A DNA stretch of 41,985 nucleotides from Catajapyx aquilonaris (taxonomy: Eukaryota): contig KZ539110.1 in NCBI GenBank assembly GCA_000934665.2, forward strand, positions 1-41,985. Reading direction: 5' to 3'. The notes beneath the pieces are model-generated. The model was not told the origin of the DNA, ran no database searches, and was given only the letters and a program-made list of their open reading frames with translations. Made by a program: the position numbers and the translations under genes. Below, piece by piece: positions 10,380 to 21,200 of the stretch (positions within the stretch are counted from its first letter, which is position 1; each line of letters opens with the position of its first letter).

Positions 10380-11388
10380 ATCGAACATGTTGCATTTATT
10401 GAATCTCTCTCGTTTCCACGACCTTCCGTCGCTGGTGGCCAACACAATGTTCGTTGCCACTTCATCCGCCAATAGTGCCCTGAAATAGCATAAGTGTCAG
10501 CATCTGCTTGTTTCGTTTATTAAGCAATTAACGTACCAGCGAAAGGAGCACTGCCACACACAAATTGTCGGCTCTAGGTGAACTTCCCGAGTACATGATT
10601 CCTGCATGTACAGTTCACTTTATATCCAGATTCTGCGAAAATAAGGAAAGTCATAATCCCGAACTGAATCCCAATTATTATGAAATACTCACCATTACAT
10701 TTGCTCTGATGCTCAGGTGTACACACCAATCAGCTGCATGAAATAAAAGATGAAGATTAGAATGTGCCTTTATGACGGTATGAAAGGGTTAGTCATGCTT
10801 CCCATTGTTTTAAATGCCCAGTCAAAAATCATTACATCTCGTACATATGTGAGAATTTAATATGGGCAAGTACTGACCGCTTAAATAGGCCAGGAAAATA
10901 ATCCGCACCCCCCCGTTTTAGTAGTGCTCATTCGGCCCAGCACACACTTAACCTACGCTCAATATCACGCGAGCAAAAATAAAAGTTTGAATAGTTGATT
11001 TGGAATTAACAATTACAGCATTTTAAATACAATGAGCATCAATGATTGCTCCGACAATTCACCAAGTTCACGCTTAATAGTTTCAAAATCACGTAGATCA
11101 GAATAATTACGCAAAAAAAAAACACGTTTCACTCCAAGGAAAATATTGATTATTTTTTTTCCGCTAGGTAACGAGATCTTTCCTCTATTTATTTCAAGAC
11201 AAATTCTTTCAGAGCTTCTTGAGCTTAACTAAAAAAAAAATCATATTCTTTTTGTTGGTTTGCATCCCATAAATGATTGGTATATATCACCACCTGAAAA
11301 CACTAAGCAACTCCAGCACAGCACTTTTCCCTAATATTCTGGCAATGTACCCGGATTCGCATGCGACCGTCATCGTCATCTGGGCTAT
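10380..11388 (-). ncRNA. Putative spliced, probably non-coding transcript convergent on RPS26
   Basis: A chain of GT-AG introns: 11350-11294 (57 nt), 10877-10734 (144 nt), 10692-10633 (60 nt), 10536-10480 (57 nt). Acceptors have polypyrimidine tracts and there is an AATAAA at 10400-10395. No long ORF runs across the exons. Confidence 0.5.
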
Positions 11389-14300
11389 CTGGAATAGCAC
11401 CACACTTCAATTAGAAGCATAATAATTGTCACTCATTTTTTCCAATATTGCCACAAGATAACGCTGTAATTGCTATTGTTTCATCTTTTTTTTTTTGTTA
11501 TCACTTGCATCACCATAAAAAAATGCAATTAAACTGAGACACATTTTTCCCAGTTGCGTCAACCAGGGAAGGACACTGATGACATGAGCATCACAACGCT
11601 CCACCAGTAGTAGGTTCATGGGTGTCGAACCGAGAGGACACTTCGGGTTTTTCGGGTAAAGTATTTGCTATGAAGTTCTTCCCCATCCTGTACAAGCCTA
11701 ACCACAGTTGCATGAACATCCTATGTAGGTCCTCAATTAACACTCAATACACATCCCCTCCATGAAAAATGTCCGGGTCAACCAAATTCTTTGTAAAAAG
11801 AAATAACTGCATCCACAATAGGTTCGCTTGCTTCACACCCACTAATTATAATTTGCACAGATGGTGTGCAATCGTTACAGAAAGGCATTATTTGCGAAGA
11901 AGAATGCGCTTCATAAGTATGTTCCGCAGGACGTTGTGTCAACCGCTGTCGAATGTTCAAACATGTGTGCGTAGGAGTGTCCGTGGACACATGACAAGTA
12001 CTATTGAATAGAGCCACCTGCACAAACTACTGTTTGTGGTATGATCAGGCCAAAAATCGATGTCACTATGCCTCCTGTCCCGGACTGTTCTTCCGACGAA
12101 TTTGACGGAAAAAAAAGCCCCTGGTTTATACTAACCCATTCGAAGCAATAACAATGCCAGCAATCCTTACAGATAAACGGAGACATCTGGACCAGTCATC
12201 TAGCACATTCTTTGTGCAAGTTGCATGCGTCACCAGAAAAGATCAGCTTCATCATGTTATGTGAGCGCCAACGTTCATTCTCCTTAGCATGGTTCCGGTG
12301 GATATGATTTGTGCCAACGAATCCATTATTATATTACGGTAAGTTATTATAATAATAATTAGTACTAAGAAACGCTGAAGCCCAGTACCACAGTATGCCA
12401 TAAATGGCGTACCAACTCAGCAGGTGACGACATCCGATATGAGCGATTGATGTATGAAGATTTGCATGGGATGAATTTATTTTCGAGACATTCTCTCCAC
12501 GTGGCTGTAATAACTGGCGATAATTCAGTTCACACGGTGCTGTCGTACGGACCTCTATTGATGTTTCTATTTGCATACAGCCTCCCAAAGGCATAAACAA
12601 CTTGTCAATTTGTCCAGATGCAACCGAAACGCTTCCAACTTCATTAAAAAAAAAAAAAAACACCCCAAGAATGTTCAACCTTATGAAAACAATATATTGT
12701 TCAACGTCAATGGATGTGCTGTGCATTTTTCGTTGCATACAAAAGTTTCTCGGGTGGTGATATATAGATGTGATTATGGTGAAACCGTACGGCTCTTCCT
12801 ATTTACCGCGAGGAACTGGTCAACCGCAGGTGCTTATGTAAAACATATCCAATCAATCATTTCCACGACACTTTTTTGTCGGTTTAACAATCACGGCTAT
12901 TATGCCAATCCATCCCATCATCAGAGTTCTGGGGGGATTTACTAATCTATGTACCACAAGTTTACAAAAAGTAGGCAAAAGTGAACATGGGAAAAGTAAT
13001 TATTTGCATCGTCGGCAGCATTAATACAATGCAACCAACAGAACATTGTTAACATGTGCCTACTTTTTTGCAGACAATCATAAAATTGTATGCGTATTTA
13101 GACAATCTCATTTCCAACATGACCTTTTTTTTTTTAAAAAAAAAATGAGAGTTTAGAGCCCAGCCTTGTAAACTTTTTAATTAACTGTTAAGTGATAACT
13201 GTAGTTATTTCTTAACCATCATTTAAAAAGTTGGGAGAAACCAGGCATAATTTCAGATTGGGCTATTAATTGCCAAGTAGATAATTTGAATTTGATAAAA
13301 CATTTTTTTTTTTTTATGGCTCCTATGGCAATAAAAACAAAATATTTATCAGACAAGACGCGTCAGATCCTTCCGAAGAAACATGTCAAACATTAACAGA
13401 AGAAGTACAAACACTATTATTTTGTTCTAGTTGCCTACCTGACAACAACACCGCCACGGTTTAGAGAGGAAAATTCGTGTCGGGGTGCTTCGCAGCATCA
13501 TGCTACGATCCCCAACTCGTAAGGGTGTGAATAAAAAAATAAATAAAAATAATGACAACCAACGAGAGCTCCATCATCACTGTTCATTGATGCGCTTTCC
13601 CCGACTTCTATGGTTCCAAGCTGGGAAGTGTCACTATTTGCCTGTTTGCATCCATTATCATCATGGTAAAGTGCAGGCTCTAATAGGACGGTCATTGTCC
13701 TGCTTTTGATCGTAAAGGTCAAGGTGAAAAGTGTTCGGTGCAGTGCTGGACATTAATTGGCGTCATTACTTGTGGGCGCCACAAGCCACTGGCTGCAAAA
13801 GAGCAAATCGAAGCTATTGGTTGCTAATCCATTCACGCTTTTCGCCACCAGCGGCTCGTGACGCAACCATTAATGCCCATCACTGTGCAAAGGGTTCAGC
13901 AGTGATTAGAAAAAGGGGAAATTGTTCTGTAAGGAGAATGTGATGCCTATCCCACCCAGATAAATACACTTTTTGACATCTGTGGGATTTTCAAGCTCTA
14001 AAAATCTTCAGTCTTCTCTCTACATCTGAAAGAGGAAATCTTGCACACACAGCAGGTAAGACATTAGTTCAGGCATCAACGTACACGCCCCAACATATTC
14101 GTCAGTTCGTGTTTAGTCAGCAACTAGAAGTTCCTTTATGAATTTGCAGAAAGCATTACACAATTGGCATCATTATTTCTGGCCGACTGATTGATTGGTT
14201 TAATTAATTTTTGTTTGTTTGTTTGTGGCAGGTACTGAGATGGCGCAATTGTGTAACACTACAAGGACATAGTAAAAAAATAATAATCGCGGGGCTTAAA

Positions 14301-15240
14301 GTGCAAGTGTACATGGCATAGCTTACATTTCACGTAGATGAATTTCTGCATCCAAAAAAAATAAATCCATCGAAGAGGCTAACATGAATGCCAGAAATAA
14401 TTATAACATCTATTGCGGAATCCGGCAAAATTGTAGAAAAAGGATTCGACAAATTGCAACACTTTTACACATCAATACATCTCCCATCCCATAATGTTTG
14501 TCACTGTCAATATATAGTGACTTTCGGAGTCCCCAAAGTTTTTTCCCCCCCTCATTATTCCCTTACAAAAATTGCATTATTGTCTTTTCCCAATTTTATT
14601 CCATCTAAAAAGCTGTCACACATTCTTGAGAAAACATCGATTTGAGAAGGGGAATGGAACATAGCACAGACCGTGTACTTTTTTTTTAAAAAAGACGTGC
14701 ACAAAAACTACTGTACTTTGATAGGTTGTGATCCTTTCCATGGTATCTAAATGGGGGGTTGTCTTACGGACACTAACATACACAAAATAAAGAGAGAAAT
14801 GAACCTTATTTCCTCGTGGGAATTACAACAATACTTCGCGCTGCCCCCCCTCAAACACAATAATAATTGGAAGATTGGAACTGCTCGTTATGGACAATAA
14901 ACACTTTCAATGTCGCACCGTTTCTCATAAATAATGGTGCCATTACTACCTCACACATAGAGCACATAAAAATGACCGCTTATATTATTATACGTGAATG
15001 CAAAGTGACATTACAGGACACCTACAAGCATTGACGCGATGAAGTTACAAAATATCTATGCATCTAACATATTGTTTCCAAATGAAATTTCTTCTCCCCG
15101 TCCAGCGTGTTAACTGGTAATGAATTCCCCCATTTGATCAGAGTTACTGATTATGGCTATCTTTTAATAATGATACCAAAAAAAAAAAAACATAAATCTG
15201 GCTTGTGGAAAAGAAAAGTGTCCCGAAGAACACTCTTTTT

Positions 15241-18200
15241 TTAGTACCTCCTGCGTTTGTTAGGCCCATACTCATCCACCATCGGCCTCTCCCCAGGCCT
15301 GGCCCACTGCCCCCTGGCAGCCCCACCTCCCCGACCCCCACCGGCAACAGCCCCCCTCATGTTCCCCTCACGCATGTCCCTCGGAGGGGGACCCATCCCG
15401 CTCTGGTCGTACCGATCGTGACGCTCATACTCTTCCATAAACACTTTAGCCTCCTGAGATAGGCAGCAGCACACACCCACACACAAAATGTTTTTCATCA
15501 TTTTCCACCAATATCGAGCGAGCATAACACGTGAGAGAATTTGCATCCGGGAGTAGATGAATTCATTGATGAGCAGTAGTTGATGGGGCATTGAGCCATA
15601 CACACATAAAAGAGGAGAGAGAGAGAAATGCATTCCATGAGCATTGAGGAGTTCCATATTAAAAATTGAGGGACAGACAATGAGGGGACACGCTACAACA
15701 GCAAGGATGCTCAGGGGAGGACCGGCTGTACTCGTGGTTGCCTCTGTCGCTCTAAAATGTTGCGCTATGCAGTCCCAAGTTGGATCAAATATAAATTAAT
15801 CGTCTCATCGGAATAGAGGTTTACCCTCTCCCACAATAGGAAACACGGCTGCAAAAAACGTCCAGTAATCGTCAATGTGGTAGCAGCTTATCTCCAGCAA
15901 AAAGAGGATTTCCCTAGGATTGTGAAAAACTCAGTATTTCAATGTCATTCACATGCGCAGTCTGTCACACCTGCAAACACACGTGTCATAGGAGCATTGC
16001 ACTCCTCAACGTATTGACAACCACAGAAAGGAAACATTTTTTCTTCAGGCCTGAGGCCACGCACACGTTATATCCTGCCTAACACGGGTGCTAAATGGCA
16101 GGGGGAATATCGCAGAAATTGTTGGTAGCATTTCGTTTCAGTGTTGAGGTTCACAGCAAGCCGGTTCCCAGAACAACAACTGACAACAATCATAAATTTC
16201 ATTTTACTGTTCACTGATCCTTGCTATTGTAGCATGCAGAATTCTAGTGACAATCACCACAGGCACATAACCACCAGAAAATGACCAAGCTGGAACACCG
16301 CAACTGATATTAATAATAATAATAACAATAATAATAATGGATACCCCATGATAGGCCCCTTGGGCCTCTTAGGGGATCATCTTTTGAATACCCGACTTTA
16401 ATTATTTGCCTGAAATGTGATGGATTTTGATAGTGGGAGGAAACGGGAGAGCCCCGAGAAAACCCACGCGAACACGGAGAGAACCCATCGAAACTCTATC
16501 CACATAAGTATCCTCCGTCCGACCCGGGGATCGAACTCGGAACCTTAGAGGTGGAAGGCTGCGGCGCTAACCACTTGGCCACCGTGTCGCCCTCACCGCA
16601 ACTGATATTTAAACATTACAATATCGCATTACTCTAACTCAATCTACACTTGGAACGTATGCACGCAGCTTTCCGATGAGCGTGAGTAAAAGCTGCCCTC
16701 GAGTCTTGTCAAAATGGCCTCTTATATAGGATATTCAAAAGAGTCAAACGAGGGTCAAGAGTGTCAGGAATCTGCCGAGTTCTCTTTCTTTGTCCAGTGG
16801 AAAATGTCTAAGTCCTAATTGCGGTGCCTTTTCAACCGCTTCCAAAATAAGACTACGCAAAAAAAATTTTTTCATGATCAACTGGTAAATATAATCAAAC
16901 TGAATCAGAGCAGCGTTCCAGTGCAGCAAACTAATGCATTTTCTGGTGGAAATATACCAACAATAACCTGCAGAGAAAGTGCATTATGGGTACAACAGAC
17001 ATACTGCCACTTATCTTCGGATCTCACATGACACATCAACTATTAGGGCTCATTTACGCAATCACTTTCCCAATGCAAGTAGCAGCAGGGAGTGCTCTTA
17101 ACTGGCTGACCATTCCTACTCATGTTATGAGAGTGATTGTGTAAATGGGACTTTAAAGCGAAATGCAATGAGCCTTATTTCGACAGGGAGCATATACTAC
17201 ATAAGAGGCGCAAACATTCGATTTTTGCGTCTCTCTGTTTGGGGCGTTGCCAAGGCTGGCGGCCATCTTGAAGTGTGGGGAACGCCAACGAGGTATAAAT
17301 AGGGTACAGGCAAAAATCGGGTCTGCCATCTTTGATTCGAGCGTGTTCTTGCCATGGCCGCCACAATCATCAAAGATGGCGGACCCTATTTTTGCCTGTA
17401 CCCTATATATCCCTCGTTGGCGTTCCACACACTTCAAAATGGCCGCCAGCCTTGGCAACGCCCCAAACAGAGAGACGCGAACATCAAAGGCGCCGACAGA
17501 AGTTTGCGCCTCTTATGTAGTATATGCTCCCTGCTTTCGATGGGAAAATAACTGAACTGAAATCATAAGTTAAATGTGCCATGTAAAACATTTTGCAAGT
17601 CAATAATTGGCTTTTAAAGCTAAACAGAACATATGTAAAGCAAAAATTCCTTCTTGCAAACTGGTCCAAGTATGCTATCATCAAACATTTGGACCAGGGA
17701 AGTCTCTTACATTCTGGCAGAGAGTGTAGCAATACTTGTTACCAATCGTTATTTTCATGGAATACACTGTACTCCTGATTATCCAGGCTAATGATTGCAC
17801 AGGTGTTGCCGGATAACCAGAAAACACGGCTAATTGGAAAATGGTCCCAGACATCGTATTCAAAGTTTTTTAATGCACTACTATACGAAGTGTATTCTGC
17901 TTGGTGGAATCAAAATACTTAAACTTACCATAGATTTTTACTTTTGTCTTCTAAAAAAAAAAACCTTACTTTTCTTTGTTGGAGAGACATATTGAGAGTG
18001 GGTGGAATTTTCATCCCACTGGTAGTTACTGCTAACTTAGTAGTACCAGTGTTGGCACTGATGCTGCTAAGCAAGCAGTGGGACGAAAATTCGACACATT
18101 TTTTCCGGACTTTAATTTTAAAATTTTATTATTTGGCAATGCACAGACAATCAGGAGTACAGTGTATTTCCTACAATTGTTATATGCACAGTCATAGCTT

Positions 18201-21200
18201 ACAACAGTATGTGCACAACACAGTGATCATGCTCCTAATCTTTTCCACCTCCCCCCCTGTTCGCTCCCATCTTGACTCAACGTCTGAATCACGCATTGGC
18301 ATTACACTGACTGTAATTCCTGAGTGTTTAAGTTTAATGCAGTTTACCAATGGTATTTAACAGTCATTATGATTTACATATGCTTACTGAAACGTGCTAG
18401 TAATTATGTGGGGTCCCAGAAAAATAGACTTTAAAATTCGGTGTCGTAAAAACCCATTATTTACAAGAAGCCAGTTTCCTTTCCTCCGTACCCAGCATGT
18501 GCCAGTTTTACAATAACTACAAGCAATAGGACTCCCACAAGTTTTGATAAATGAAAGTGGTAGAAATGCAGTAACATGGACATGAATTAATTATGTCAGT
18601 CATACGAATAACAACTGAAATGGATTTTGGTAAAACTGCTAAGACTGGCAATGAAATGCAATGCTCCAGTAGCTGCAGATATAGGTGTGAAACTGCATGA
18701 ACACATATTTTGACTTGACATATTGCTAGGTCAATATGATTTTGATAAATTTATATCAGCCTTGTTTTGTAGTTTTGAATTAATTATTTTTTTGAAATTG
18801 CGATGAACCTGAAATCTAAAGACATGAGTGACAGAAACATGGTGAGGAAACACTTGTTAGGAATTGCGCGTACATCCCTCTAATAAAGCTTGTTTTCCGA
18901 AAAAATATCCTCCAAAAAATGAACCTGTGTGTGCAGAAGAGACCTTCCATTCTTGCATGCAGTTCAGCCATTTTTGAAACATGGGGGAAAAAAAAAAAAA
19001 TCTAGTCACAGACGCCACAGGCACTCTCAATGAGTGGTAATAAATTTGCCCGACTTGTTACCACCGTCAATTGCTCCATTACGTCACCAACATAATTCAA
19101 AAGAATTTTCCAGGATTACACAGAAAATACGCTACAAGTTTCCTGCATTTAATAAAACGCATCCAAGAAAACTACGCGGTACATATCGATTCATATACAT
19201 TTGTCCGTACTAGCAGATGCGACTGTTGCAGTCATGCACTCAGCATGTTGCCTGCCATATCATTCCTTCAGAGACAGATTCACATGAATGACGTAATTCT
19301 CCAGGACTACGAAGAGAAATGGCGAGGCTTTCGTGAAACGAAGTTGCAGATAAATCGACTCCATTGCTTTTGCAATAATTCCCGTTTCACAATAAACTTT
19401 CATCCACAGTTTTGTCGCACGACAAAATGCCATTAATAACAGCAAGTTGCCTATGACTTCACAACAACTATCGCAGTATTTGGCCCATCGAGTGAGCGGG
19501 TACATGATGACCTTGCAATATCAGTGCCCCAAGAAACTTGTTCCCAGACCCCAGCATTGTTGGTGAGTCGTATTCCCTCACAGTTAAGTCCCGTATCAAT
19601 ACTATCCAATCACTTCATACATAGTCGCATCGCTCACGAAGCCTGAGATACGACCAACCTTATTCTTCAGAAGTTTTAACACTAAAGACATCAGCTAATT
19701 GCCTTAAAATTACTTTTGTCATAATACCCAAATAATATCCAAAAGCACCTCAACTGCATGAGGGCCACTAGGACATGAATATTTCACCCCCAAATCCATC
19801 ATGATTGGTGCATAAATCCAGCACAATCTCCCACGTGATACTGCTTCGAAAAAACCCACATATTGTACACCACCACAAGCCTATATATTGTATAAGATTT
19901 GGTGCACGAAAGTCGTCGGAAAATACTACATAATCGCAATAATAAGTTCGTAGCTTTCAAATCAATAAAATGGCAATATACAAAAATATCGCAGGGTACA
20001 ACCAGCCTGTCTCATTTTAAAGACGACGTCCTTTCTATAGAGAGTGTGGCGAAAATATTTTCACATTCCTGGTACATTTTCATGCAGCGGTGACTGCAAC
20101 ATCATCATCGGACCGATGCAATATCAACGAAGATCCAGTCCCTCAAACGTGTAAAACGGCACGGATTCTAAGAGCCTAGCTGCAATGATATACAAGTACA
20201 ACGATGCGTTGCATGCCGTAACGTACGAGGCGCAGAGATATTTCGATGACCCCCAAAGATGATCCACATTCCCTAAGACGATCCGCAAGTTTGTACTACA
20301 AAGAGCACTGTTGTTCCGAGTTTTTGGCTGACTGCCTACAAGATAGGCTTGAAAAGGAACTTTTAAGAATCACATGAGCTTCTGCTGCACACACAGTTGC
20401 AAATATTGTTATCCCTCCCAACCACTAGTTCCCGATCGCAATGTTGTTTCCTCAGATACAAGTTTTGCATGCAAGCTATATAACAGGCCAAGGTTGGCTA
20501 TAACGTTCAACAGTGAAAAGGCCGAGAGAAATACATTACCGGGGTCATGCTGCTTCCACTGGCTCCCATTCCTCCGGCTACATCACCAGCGGTTGGGGGA
20601 AAGAAATCGGGATGGGGAAAAAACGTATTATGATCTTGTGTAAGTGTGACCATGAAAGAGAATAAATCAAAAATCAAAAATCTGATACTGTGGAAAACAA
20701 ACGCTTAACATAAGAGAGACATTAACAAATTACGTTAAAAATCATACGGCTGCATATGCACTGACACTCGCACATTTTCCGCTGCATCATGCACACTATT
20801 CCATACCAGATACTCGAGTCAATCAGTTCAGACACTCACCTCCCATGGGCTCATATCCAGTGTCATAATTTCCTTGTCCAGATCTAAGTGCCTGTTCCTG
20901 CTGATCTAGAAGACTATTCAGCTGATGTGCCTATTTATAAAAAACAAGTGTGTTAGCAATGTAATTCCTTTGGCTCTATGCAACAACCTGACGTACCTGC
21001 ATGAACAGGTTGTTCTCTTGCTGTCGGCGGTGCAGCTCTTCCTCCTGCTGCCTCATCCGCAGCTGCATGTCCTCCTGTTGGCGATGCATCATCTCCTCAT
21101 CCTGGCGACGCTGCTCCTCCCTATTGCGCTCCTTCATCTCCCAATCACGCTTCTGGCGTTCACGGTCCATCTCACGCTGTCGCAGCTCTAGAAATTTAAA

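Noticed and set aside
11500..15200. NEAT1/MALAT1-like triple-helix plus tRNA-like 3' element downstream of the DBHS gene
   Set aside because: I looked for it but found only simple A/T homopolymers, with no paired U-rich motifs followed by a tRNA-like fold.
16520..16593. tRNA gene
   Set aside because: The tRNA-like head continues into a SINE body with an ATT tail and a 16-bp TSD.
17153..17555. Pair of near-identical ORFs on opposite strands
   Set aside because: An artefact of the palindromic MITE.
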